Below, one piece after another: positions 10,088-21,400 of a DNA stretch of 64,000 nt (position 1 is the stretch's first letter; each line of letters starts with the position of its first letter). Both the position numbers and the translations under genes were made by a program. Source of the stretch: an uncultured archaeon (lineage in GTDB: Archaea; Thermoplasmatota; Penumbrarchaeia; JASLWR01); the NCBI GenBank assembly GCA_964430885.1, contig CAYSHM010000005.1, positions 82,948-146,947 of the forward strand, read 5' to 3'. The notes beneath the pieces were generated by a model. The model saw nothing but the letters and a program-made list of their open reading frames with translations, did no database searches and was not told where the DNA came from.

Positions 10088-12655
10088 ATGGTTAAAAATA
10101 ATTACAAACATTTCTTAATAAAAAGCTCTGCGGCGGCATTGACCCTTCTATTTCTGCTAAGTGCCCTGTCGGCGGTCAATTCATCCACTTTGAAGGAAAC
10201 CTTTGATGGCGGTGAGTCAACAGCAGTATACGATTCCGATGACAAACCCACCTTGACCATGCCTGCTGGTGCGGTCATATTCAACACTTCACTTGACATA
10301 AGCGGGAGTATATCCAATCCTGATGAGTTCACGGAACTGATACCCTCTGATCAGGGAAGCGGAGGGTGGTACGGTGCATCGGCGGAAGATCCTCCTGTAT
10401 CCAATCCTGCCAACCTCAAAACAAATGGTTTTTCAGCCGGACAGAAGAACGATATGTCCGCACCCAATGGCATCTACGTACGCACAAAAGCGAACATGGA
10501 AAACCAGGGCCCATACCATCATTTCTCATTTACAGTCCCCTATCCCGAAGCGGATATCGGCAATATGGAACTTAAATGGAGGGGGAAAGGAGAGGAGCCT
10601 CTCGTGGATATGCTTGACCGATACAAAGCAACAATATACGTTTGGAACCATCAGGGTACAAACTGGGTGCAGCTGGATTCCTATGGACTTTCCCCTTCAT
10701 CGTCTTTAATGTGGCTCAGCGGCAATATATCTTCCCACATATCCAATTACATTGATAACAATGATGAGGTCCACCTCCTTGTCAGATCTTGGATCTTCGG
10801 AACAACTGAAGCCTACATCGATACTGATTATGCAGTCCTGAACATTTCCTACCGAGGTGGAGGTCAATATCCAGAAGGACTATCGCTGAAACTCAAAGAG
10901 GGAGGAGTGAATGTTTGGGACTATCCCGGCGTCCTCCAGGGTATAACAACCCTAGGTAATTCCAAACTGAAGGCGACCATTCAGGAGATGTCAAATGAGG
11001 CATATGAGCTCGGTTCGGAAACATTGACCCTGACCTTTATTATCGGTAATTCCGGGGGAGGGATAATTCAGCTATCCAATCTATCGGTGGAATACGGACT
11101 TGAACCCTGGGTGGATACAGATGCGATAAGCGCATCATTCCAGGAAGACCTAGATCCCATGGGACTCATTGATCTGCATGACCATTTCAGGGACGACGAA
11201 GCCCTGGAGGATCTGACCTTTGAGATAATATACCAATCACAACCCTCGAAGGTCTCAGCTGAACTGGGTGCTAACGGCCATACCCTTGACTTCACATCTG
11301 AGGCCGATGATTGGAACGGAGAAGTGTCAATGGGAATACGAGCTACGGATACGGATGGACTTTTCTGCGAGTTCTTCAACATTACCGTAACTGTCATTCC
11401 AGTGAACGATGAGCCCTTCACACTAGGCATTCCACATCAGATATGGTACGAAGATAAAACCTGCCCGGAGGATTTTCTGGACCTATGGAACTATTTCGGG
11501 GACGGCGGATGGAAGGAGGATCTAGTAAGCAATATGACCTTCACCTTGCCTCCTGATAAGAATCCGCTTTTAGCAGATAAAACCGCTTTGGGATCCATTA
11601 CTGACAACCGATATTTTCATGTGATACCCTGGTATAACTACAACGGCAATGTTGCATTCGTGGTCAGAGCTGAGGACCGCGGCGGAGATATTATTGAAGC
11701 AAATCTTACTATGGAAATAATGCCCACTAACGACCCGCCCCAGTTCAATTCGACCCCCCCTGAGATAATTGATGAAGGAAAAAATTATACTTATACCCCC
11801 CAGACCTGGGATCTTGACGGTGATGCTCTCACCCTCACAGTGGAGTCGGGGCCGGAGGGTTTGATATCAAATGGAACTGGAATAATCTGGATGCCCGAAG
11901 ACAAGGATGTAGGTATACACAACATTTCTCTTCTACTTAGTGATAGTGAGAACTATACTTATCAGAATTTTACGCTAACCGTTCGGAATGCAAATGACGC
12001 TCCAGTCCTAGATGAGATTGACCCGATTACACTTGAAGTTGGAGATATTCTTAATCTCACAATTACAGCGGACGATCCAGATATGATGATCGACCCATTT
12101 GAAATGCTGACATTTACCGACGATTGCAGTCTTTTCGACGTAGGTTATGATACAGGGAAAATATGGTTCAAACCCTCATGGATGCATATAGGAATACATA
12201 ATTTTACACTGAGTGTTTCAGATGGAAAGGGGCTGGCCGATCAAATAGATGTTACATTGAGAATTACCCTCCCTAACGGAACATCATTGCCGGAGATCAA
12301 AGTTCTGAAACCGGAAAATAGAACTGACCTTGTAGCAGGGGAAATGAACGATTATGAAATTGAGATACTTAATCACGAAATAGGAGTGAACTGGAATATA
12401 ACCTGGTACTATGAAGGAAACATCATCGGATATGGATTAGCCATAGACCATATGTTCAAAACTCCTGGAAAGCATACCATAAAGGTGGCTGCAAAGGACG
12501 GAGAAGCTGAGCTGGAGGCTGAATTCGATGTTACGGTTGATGAAGAAAGGAAGAAAAAGAAAGATGATTCTCCAGGTTTTGGAATCATACTACTAACCAC
12601 AGTGCTCAGTTTGTCCCTGGTCGTGTATTCAAGAAGAAGAATTAGAAGTGACTAG
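10088..12655 (+). CDS. Secreted cadherin-like repeat surface protein with C-terminal TM anchor
   Basis: Signal peptide AAALTLLFLLSALSAVNS. Cadherin-type domain-end motifs VNDEPF, TNDPPQF, NANDAPV. C-terminal GFGIILLTTVLSLSLVVY TM, then RRRIRSD. ATG at 10088 after an AGAGG SD; the track start 10061 is TTG. Confidence 0.6.
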   Translation: MVKNNYKHFLIKSSAAALTLLFLLSALSAVNSSTLKETFDGGESTAVYDSDDKPTLTMPAGAVIFNTSLDISGSISNPDEFTELIPSDQGSGGWYGASAEDPPVSNPANLKTNGFSAGQKNDMSAPNGIYVRTKANMENQGPYHHFSFTVPYPEADIGNMELKWRGKGEEPLVDMLDRYKATIYVWNHQGTNWVQLDSYGLSPSSSLMWLSGNISSHISNYIDNNDEVHLLVRSWIFGTTEAYIDTDYAVLNISYRGGGQYPEGLSLKLKEGGVNVWDYPGVLQGITTLGNSKLKATIQEMSNEAYELGSETLTLTFIIGNSGGGIIQLSNLSVEYGLEPWVDTDAISASFQEDLDPMGLIDLHDHFRDDEALEDLTFEIIYQSQPSKVSAELGANGHTLDFTSEADDWNGEVSMGIRATDTDGLFCEFFNITVTVIPVNDEPFTLGIPHQIWYEDKTCPEDFLDLWNYFGDGGWKEDLVSNMTFTLPPDKNPLLADKTALGSITDNRYFHVIPWYNYNGNVAFVVRAEDRGGDIIEANLTMEIMPTNDPPQFNSTPPEIIDEGKNYTYTPQTWDLDGDALTLTVESGPEGLISNGTGIIWMPEDKDVGIHNISLLLSDSENYTYQNFTLTVRNANDAPVLDEIDPITLEVGDILNLTITADDPDMMIDPFEMLTFTDDCSLFDVGYDTGKIWFKPSWMHIGIHNFTLSVSDGKGLADQIDVTLRITLPNGTSLPEIKVLKPENRTDLVAGEMNDYEIEILNHEIGVNWNITWYYEGNIIGYGLAIDHMFKTPGKHTIKVAAKDGEAELEAEFDVTVDEERKKKKDDSPGFGIILLTTVLSLSLVVYSRRRIRSD

Positions 12656-12698
12656 AACTAATACCTGGTAGCATTCAGTAAAAATGAATATATAACCA

Positions 12699-13151
12699 TC
12701 ATTTATTATTGCCTCGGGTAGCCCTGTAGGAGGAAATATAATCCGCCATTGAAGTACTGGCTACTGTTTCACCTATGATATCCATGGGAATGTCCTCTAA
12801 TTTTCGAAACCTTAGACATGATTTCCCCATGTTCAATTTTTTACCAGTCCTCTCGAAGGATTCCTTCAATTCCTTTTCCTTTTTCGGATCGCCGTAGACA
12901 TTCATTAGATATACCGAATAATAATTCTTCTGAGCTGCCAAGGCCGCATACATCAGGGATTGACCGTTATAGGTATCGGACAATACACTTAGAGAGACCT
13001 CGTAACATATCATACCCCAATTCATGTTTTCCTGATATCCCTCTGGAAGATTCTTGATCATCATATCCCTTATTTCCGAGATCACTTTTCTTCTTTCAGG
13101 AAGCAATTCTTCCAAATACCCTTCCACTGTAGCAGCCTTACTGCTCACCAA
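12699..13151 (-). CDS. DUF1801 (YdhG-like) domain protein
   Basis: 150 aa. The TVEGYLEELLPERRKVISEIRDMMIKNLPEGYQENMNWGMICYEV pattern is typical of DUF1801. TTG/GTG start with an upstream GGTGA. Confidence 0.6.
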   Translation of the reverse strand: MVSSKAATVEGYLEELLPERRKVISEIRDMMIKNLPEGYQENMNWGMICYEVSLSVLSDTYNGQSLMYAALAAQKNYYSVYLMNVYGDPKKEKELKESFERTGKKLNMGKSCLRFRKLEDIPMDIIGETVASTSMADYISSYRATRGNNK

Positions 13152-13348
13152 TTCATCACCCTTTTATTATAGGTCAATAAGTTCAGGTCAGATCGATTTG
13201 GACCAAAAAGGTTCCAGCTGCATCTAATACGAACAAATGACATGAGATAATATGCATTACCCTAAATCGAACAAAGCTTATTACCCGGTTATATTATTTC
13301 AATAATATTGCAGACATTTATTTATCGGAAATTATACATTGTTTATGA

Positions 13349-14176
13349 ATGGTAAAAACCATGAAAAAGCCATTCCTTATATCGGGGATTCTGATCATCT
13401 CAATGCTGCTTCTTATTCTATCCCTGATAATGCCATGGTACAACCTGAACCACACTGCAGGAGGAGCTCTTTATTCCGAGAGCAGTTTTAAATTATCCTA
13501 CGGCGATATAAGTAATCTGGAGAGCATGGGCCTTTGGAACGAGAAAAGGGTGCATCAAGCAACATCAAGCCCTCAGATATTCAAAGAACCCCGCAGCGGC
13601 GTAAGTGGGAGTAATTACGAGAAATCGCCCAACATAGACAGTACCATGACCACAACAGCTGTTTTTGTGATAATCGCTTCCCTGCTCAACATTATTTCAT
13701 TGATCGGATCCTTTCTTCTTTTAAAGAGTAAGGGGAGAGGACGCAGGAATGCAAGGCGGATAATGCTCTTGACCATCATTCTGATGTTCGGCTGCACTAT
13801 TTGGACGTCGTTCTACTTCTATACCAATATACCTGTTGCAGTTAACGAAGATATTGATACAACCATCTACCCCGACCTCTATGATCACATAACTGAGGAC
13901 AATCTTACATTCCCCGGGAGTGACGGAAGAAGTGAATTTTGGTCCACACGCAGGGATGTATACGATCAGTTCAGCTCCACTACCGAGCATGAGAGAACAT
14001 TTACTGGTAGCGACACCAGTCAATTCCAGCAGAGTTATTTTGACGGGAAGATCCACCTCAATATTGTCAATGAATTCTCCTGGGGGCCTTCTCCGGGTTT
14101 TTTAATCTTCCTAGGTGTAACTTTCATCTCCTTTGCAGCCATGATCATGGTATTGATAAACAAACCATATCCTTGA
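13349..14176 (+). CDS. Hypothetical integral membrane protein (4 TM segments)
   Basis: 275 aa; hydrophobic helices at the N-terminus, middle (x2) and C-terminus. No recognisable family. Confidence 0.4.
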   Translation: MVKTMKKPFLISGILIISMLLLILSLIMPWYNLNHTAGGALYSESSFKLSYGDISNLESMGLWNEKRVHQATSSPQIFKEPRSGVSGSNYEKSPNIDSTMTTTAVFVIIASLLNIISLIGSFLLLKSKGRGRRNARRIMLLTIILMFGCTIWTSFYFYTNIPVAVNEDIDTTIYPDLYDHITEDNLTFPGSDGRSEFWSTRRDVYDQFSSTTEHERTFTGSDTSQFQQSYFDGKIHLNIVNEFSWGPSPGFLIFLGVTFISFAAMIMVLINKPYP

Positions 14177-14211
14177 AAAAACCAATGTTTCCACCTGAAA
14201 AGTCGCTTAGA

Positions 14212-15348
14212 TCAAATTTCCATGATCCGGGTATTAACAAAATATTCAAAATCGTAGGGGGTCATTTCTCCAGAATGCATTCCTGGAACGGGCATTAGCC
14301 TTGCAGATAATGGTTTCTTCAGTTTATCGGATAGGGAAGCAATATCCAAAAGGAGGGCGTATATTTTCTCAATTGACGCCACACCAGGTAAGGGGATCGT
14401 ATCGAGTCCAGTTCCGCATACGGCTGAAAAAAGAAGAAGGTTCGATATATTGAATGAGCCCTCAATATTCCTAGTTGCCAAACCATGATCCTCCATTACC
14501 GGAAGCATTAGACCTGAATAACCGCATTTCTTGACATCCAATCCATGTAAAACCCCGGTAACCATCTTGGCGACAGCTAAAGTACCGGCCCCCCCGAACT
14601 TCCCTATACCCAATCTTTCAAAAGCATAAGCTACACTCTCATTTTCCTGAATGGAAGGAGCGATGGATACATCTATCCCTCCGTAATTAATATTTTCATC
14701 AACTGCAATTATTTCAGTTATTTCCTGGATGCTCTTCATTTGCCGGTTCATTTTTTCATTCAGTATTAAAGCACCTTCATCCATAGATCCTGCCTGGGAA
14801 AAAGAATCAAAGAGCACATCACTATTTTCTGTTCCTATGGTAATGGAAACAGGGCCTTTGTGATAGGATGCAGGAAAGAAAGGACTACCCGGCCCCACAT
14901 TGAAAAGGGATGCATAACGGAGATTGGCAAATCCACCCGGTTCTGCATCCGCAAGTTTTTTTACCAGCTGTGCACTTGAAACCAAAAGTTCCCTCTTCAT
15001 TCCTCCATGATCGCAGCATATGGATGAAGAGAAGCAGCGGCGGGTTCTCTTGAAAATCTCATAAAGCGTCTCCAGCCCCGACTTATCCGCAGCCGGCCCG
15101 ATGCTAAAATAATCCATGCCCATCTCTTCGGCAATAAGATCCAGCCCCTCCACCAGGTCCAATATCTGCTCTGCAGAGGTGAAATATTCCTGCCAGGGCT
15201 GTGTTGAGAATCTCTTTGTTTGAACTGTGAAACCGCTGTTCTGAAATGATTTTTCGGCTTTATTTAAGATGTGGGCAGTACGGATCATTTGATCCTTGTA
15301 ATAAGTGGGGTCTAGTTCAAATCCTATTGTTATCGTTCGTATCTTCAT
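14212..15348 (-). CDS. UPF0210 / DUF711 family protein
   Basis: 378 aa. The N-terminus MKIRTITIGFEL matches the conserved DIRTITMGISL start of UPF0210 proteins. Confidence 0.55.
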   Translation of the reverse strand: MKIRTITIGFELDPTYYKDQMIRTAHILNKAEKSFQNSGFTVQTKRFSTQPWQEYFTSAEQILDLVEGLDLIAEEMGMDYFSIGPAADKSGLETLYEIFKRTRRCFSSSICCDHGGMKRELLVSSAQLVKKLADAEPGGFANLRYASLFNVGPGSPFFPASYHKGPVSITIGTENSDVLFDSFSQAGSMDEGALILNEKMNRQMKSIQEITEIIAVDENINYGGIDVSIAPSIQENESVAYAFERLGIGKFGGAGTLAVAKMVTGVLHGLDVKKCGYSGLMLPVMEDHGLATRNIEGSFNISNLLLFSAVCGTGLDTIPLPGVASIEKIYALLLDIASLSDKLKKPLSARLMPVPGMHSGEMTPYDFEYFVNTRIMEI

Positions 15349-15401
15349 TGACCGACCTCATGATTTATCCTATAAGCAAAAACAAAATCAAAGGCCCTAT
15401 T

Positions 15402-18400
15402 TCAAGCCATTCTCATAGCGTCCTGCGCCAACTCCAAAGCCTGTCTAAACTCGCCTTTTTCATAATATTTCTTGGCCTTTACAAAGGCTTCCTTGGCCTC
15501 TGGATTGCGGGATTCCTCGATTATCTCCCTTGTGGCCTCAACAATAACTCCCGCTTTGGTCCTCAACAGTCCGTTAAGGATCTGATTGGCCATTTCTATG
15601 CATTCCTTGGTAATATCATAGGATATCTCCACCTCTCCTTGGTTCATGAGGTTGAACGAACGGTCAACCTGAACCTTCAACTCAGATATATCCCCGTTGA
15701 ACGAACTTATTTCGAACATCAATCGTTCACATTCGTTAATATTCTCCTTTATCTTTTTCTTGAATAGACCCTGGCCTGCAACTTCTATGTCCCTTATAAG
15801 AGAAGCCTTCAAATCCATGGCCAATTCAAGATCGCCATTGCCGAGATGCGACAGAATTCTTGAATGCTGGGTGCGGAGTTGATTAGTACCTGCTCCCTGC
15901 AAAGCTAGTGCCCTAATTTTTTCTTCCCATGAAGGAGATTCTTTCTCCATATCGCTGATATTTTTCCATCTAATAAGCTGTTTGGTCACCATTATGCTCT
16001 CGGCCAGCAATTCCTTGGATAGATCCCATTCGCCCCTTTCCATGCACCTCCTGCCCTCAGTTAATAAACTCCAAGCCTGAGATACGTCAATACCTTTATT
16101 ACGGGTTCCCCTCACCAGAGCCTCCCCTCTTTTATATTTTTCCTGAAGCTTCTCGCTCATATACTTGTTCATACTCTGATTGTAATGGTCCATAGCCTTA
16201 TTGGCCAAACTATAGGCATACCTGTAATCTCCTGACGAATATTTTCTTTCGGACCTGTTAAGTTCATTTCTATAATGCTCCTCATCTACCATATCACTTC
16301 TAGAGGAAAGAACCGCATCCAGATCCTGTATTGCATTTCTGGCGGATTCCCTCTCCTTTCTCTTGATCAGCTCTTTGGAAAAATATACCATTTCCTCACA
16401 GCTCGTTCTGACCTGGGAAACATCACCGTCCTTTGCAGCCTGCTTTGTACGGCTGAACATATCCCTCAATGAGGGGGCACGCTCAAGTGAGACTCCAATC
16501 CTCTTCATCTCAGATATAGTGGTCTCCAGTATTGTTCGTGCCTTTTTCCTGTTCTGCATTTTTTTGGCCGCCTTTAGGGATTCATCGGCCTTATCCAGAT
16601 GTTTCTTCGCAGCATGAACATCATTTTCTCCCAAAGCATGGTCCGCTTTATCCAGCCATTTATCCATTTCAACAAACAGGGCTGAATGAAAGCTCAACTT
16701 GGCATATTTCATTTTTAGTTTTTCATGCCTCTGGATAAGCGCTACTTTCATGGCCCTCCTCCCCAGCATGGAGGTCAACTCCTTCAGCGACCTAATAACC
16801 TTTAACCTGGAAACCTGGTTTTCAATTGGTATATTATCCAATTCTCTACTGTAAAACTCAAAAGCCTCTATACCTTCTATACTCATCTGTTTCAGACCCC
16901 TCACTCCACCCATCTGGTCGATTGCTTTGTTGATGGATCTGATATCCCTATTGATCAAGTTCTCAGTCCTTTTGATAATCCGGTCCTTGACATCATCCAT
17001 ATTAACAAGGTTCAGACGGCCCTTACCCTGGAGAGATTTCCCATCTATAAAAGTAATTTTCTCTATCTGCTCATAGATCTCCCTGGCAATATCTCTGGGC
17101 AATAGCGGGGACAGATTGTAGAAGTAATCCTTGACATCCAGCAGTTTTCTATCAAAACGCCATTTTTCCTGACTTTTCTCCTCCACCTCCATGAAGTCCT
17201 GAAAAATCAGCATAATCTTAGTAAGATCGTGTTCATCCGCACTCTCCATGGATTTCAGCAATGCTGATAATTTGACCACTGGTTCCTCACCCCATTTCTG
17301 GGCCTTGGCCTTGTTCAGAACCGCTCTTTCGAGGCCTATCAGTTCCGCCTTAATCTGGCTGCCACGGAGGTTTCGGGTTTTGACTGCATTTTCCAGTGAT
17401 TCCCTAGCAGCCTTCTCGGCGCCCTCTAGATTGCCCTCCTCCAGCATTAATATAGCTTTTTGCAGATAACGGAAGCTTGACGATTGGTCGATACCGCCAG
17501 ACCCCAGTTCCTTCACCTTCCTGCGTGTGGCCTTTATTGTATCGGACACATGCTTTCTACGATGGGCCTCAAATTCTCTCTTAATCTCACGGGAAGTTTC
17601 CTCCAGCTTGATACCAGCTCCTTCAAAATCCCCCTCCTCCATAAGCTTCTCTATATACTCTACTTTCCTCAGATAGCTCTCTTTCCCCTTCTTCATGGTC
17701 AGAAGACGCGTCTTCAGATACTCTATGCGGGATCTGTAATCATGAGCCTTTAAAAGGTCCTGACATATTCCTTTGAGAGAACGCAATTTCAGTGTGCATT
17801 CCTCATACTCCTCGGAATGATACAGCCTTTTTCCTTTTTCAAAAGTGGTTCTCAGGTGGTCAATTTCTCCAGATATCCTGGCGGTTCTATCCATCAGTTC
17901 ATTTAGCTCCCTTATCAGATTCTGGGAATCGGTCTTGAAAAAGGTATCGCTGATATTTTGTGCAGATTTAAGACTCTGAGCTACTAATATCAAACCTCTT
18001 TTTGTATCCTCGTTGTTGAAGCATTCCCAAGCTTTTTTCAGAAGAAGCTGGGGGCCGGTCATATCTATATCTAGGGTCTGATATCTATCAATGAGAGTTT
18101 CGGCCTTTTCCATCTCGATCTCCAAGCGGGACAGACGGAACTGGTGCTCTCTCTCCCGGGCACTGGTCAGAGCATGTTCTATGTTATCCGAAATAGACTC
18201 GAACTCCTCGTCATCGATACCCTCTCTTCCTCTCAGCAGTTCTCTCATATCCTCCAACAAGCGTTTGGCCTTTGCTATCTTGACCCCCTCTCGTTCAATA
18301 TCTATGCATATATAGACCGCAGCTTCAAGCTTCTTATTCAGGGTATCTATGTTGAAAAGATATTTCTGGCTGTCAAGATGCATCTCCGATTCAGCTATCA

Positions 18401-21400
18401 GCTTCTCGCCCATATCCCAATTCTCTTTCTTGATCTCCTCGGTGCACCTTATAAAGTTCTCGGCTGCTCGGTTCAATGAAGATTTGGGTATTCCCAAACC
18501 CACTAATTCGTTGTAATATATCTTGACAGCTGTCATCCGGTTCTTTATCCTGGATTTCAGATAATTTGTCTTTGCCTTGTCCAGCATATTTTGGGCCGAT
18601 TCAAACAGGCTCCTTGCAGATTGAATGTCACCCTGCTGATACAGCTCTCGTACCCTTTTCACTATCTTTTCAGGCTGTTTGACATTTATACCTTTGATGC
18701 TCGCCTTGTCCATCTCTGCACTGAGATTTTCCAAGGATTCCCTGAGATCAATTTTTTCCCGAATGGAAAACGCCGAGTCTATGGCCTTATTATAAGTTTG
18801 AATGGAAGAATCATAGTATTCCTTCTCCAGAAATATATCCGCCCTTTCTTTTAGATCCAGAATATGATCCGCGACCCCATCTTTTTCCTGTAAATAATTT
18901 AGCAGTTCATTCAATTTGGACCGGGAATCGTATGCTTTTTTCTTGATGTAATCCCTATTCAACGACTGTATGTCAGTCTCCAATTTGGACACTTCTTCCA
19001 CGAATATATCATCCATCTTATCATTGGACACTTTTTTAAACTGGTCCAATCTGCCGTAGTAATCCGCAAGATCGACACTGCCCTGAGAATCATCTTTGAT
19101 AAAATCCAAAACCTTTTCTATCCTAAATAGTTGCCTTGCGGCCAATTTGAAATCATATTCTCTTCTGCGTTCTCTTGCTTCTCTGAAAGCGGCACCACAA
19201 TATTCCTTTACTTTATCCAAGCTCCCTTCAGAGAACATTTCCTTTGCATCTTCATAGAATGTCTTCATTAGTGTTGTGTCAAAATCCAATGAAGATATGT
19301 GAGCAATCTCTCGCCTAAGAGATTCCAGTTCCTCTTTGACATTCTTATGCTCCAGGGCTTTGGACAGATCAGAGCAGATCTCATCCATCTGTCCCATAAG
19401 CCATTTGGCATCCTTGATATTGCCTTCCTTGTAATAATCGTCCAATCTTACCAGGGCTTCGGCCAATTGTTCAGTGTCCAAACCTTGTATCTCATAATTA
19501 TTAAGCATTGACCGGGTAGAATCTAGATAATTACAGACCCTCTTGACCTCTAATTCAGTTATCAGATCATCAATATCTGCTCTTCTTCTCTCAATCAAAG
19601 TCTTTGCCTTCTCGAAGGCGCCATCGCCAATTGAGCGCTTGATCTCTAAAAGTTTCATTTCCATATCTAATACGTTCTCCCCCAGCTGGGAAATATCAAA
19701 GAGCTCATCCTCCATATCGTAGAGCTTACCAAGGAGATCATTTGAGATATAATTCTCATATGCCTTCTTTGCTCTCTCCCAGCCCATGGATATACAGCTA
19801 GCGGCATTGTCATGATCATTTTTCTCAAGTCTTGACCTGGCCTTTTCAATGAAAGACCTTAGGGGATCCACATCAATACCCAAGTCAGTAAGCTCATCGA
19901 GTCTTTGCCTGAACTGGTCCAACTCGGTCCAATAGTGACTGACATATTCATTTTCAATATCAACCTCTATATCGAACAAACCCTTCCGCACCTCATCCAG
20001 TCTTCCAGTCTTGAAAATGTCGGTAATGCCTCTCAATCTGCTGTCCAATGTAAGTATGTCTTTCCCTTTTACCCCAAGCTTCCGGCATTTTTCCCTGAGT
20101 GCTTTTAATTTTCTAAATAATTCAAGTATATTCGTTTTGCTCTTAATCATGCTCCTGACCCTATCGGACAGTTCAAAAGCAGCCCGGTATCTTTGAGCTT
20201 CGAAAAGGTCGATTACCCTGTCAAGTTCCTTCTTCATAAGTTCGATGTCCTGACCAGCTTCTAGGAGTTCCGGAAAAATAACCTTGCTTTCAGATATTAA
20301 TTCAAGTATCCTTTCCTGCTGATAGGTTCCCTTTAATCTTTGTGCAATATCCCATGCACGCTTCACATCTTTACTAGCCTTTTCAATATTATCCTTCTCC
20401 ATGGAGGCCCGAGCATCGGATAATAATTCCTCCAGCGTGGAAGTGTCCATTGAAACATTTCGCCATTTTTTAATTTCCGATTCTATGGAGAACATCCTCT
20501 CTTTTAGAACCGGAACTTTCTTTCTCTGCATCTTGATGTCCAAAGAACTATCTATCCTCTTGAGCAAATCTCTGACGCCGTCTAGGTCATCCTCATTTAT
20601 CAACCTCAAGGCATCCTCAACCATCTCATCAACATCTTCGAGATCGAAATCCTCCTTCCTCAGGTCCTCGATCCTTCTCTCGGTGTTATCAAGCATTCCG
20701 GCTATAGAATTCCTTAAATGTACCCTTTTTTTATCTGCAATATCCTTCTCCAAGTTGTCGAATAATGCTTTCAGGGCCTTGAAATCGCCCTCCTCTATCC
20801 TATTCTTGATAGCCATCAATCTCTCCTCCAAAACTGAGGTATCTATTCCCTTTCTTTCCAGCATTTTCAGTGACGAGTGAACTTCCACCAATGTCTTTAA
20901 ATGGTTCCTTTTCATGAACTCATCATCGGCTTCAGTGATGTATTTATAGGCGCGTTTAACAGTACTCAATGCTGATTCTACATCATCACTTCTAAGCTTG
21001 ATCTCCGCAGCTCTCAACAAAATCTCGGCCTTCACGGGCTTCAGCCCTGCCTTTTTGAGTTTGACAAGCCTGCTCTCGGCTTCCTCCCAGAGCTGTTTGG
21101 CTTGGGAAGCGTTTTCCTGAAGCTCCCTAGTCCTGATGATTGCTTCCATTTCACCCAATAATTCTCTGCCGAGAATTACATTTGACCTATCCAAGGCCTC
21201 CTGTATATGCGGGTATTTGGTCTTCAGAAGGGCAACATCCATACCATTGGCAGCCATCGCCCCCACAGATTCCTTCAGAAGTGAGAATCGGCTATGGATC
21301 ATATCGACATTATATTTTTCCAGTTTGGCCTTGGACAATAAAGCCCCTTCTCGGGCAACTTTGGATACAAAGGGATAATCTCCCTGATAGAACGCATTTT

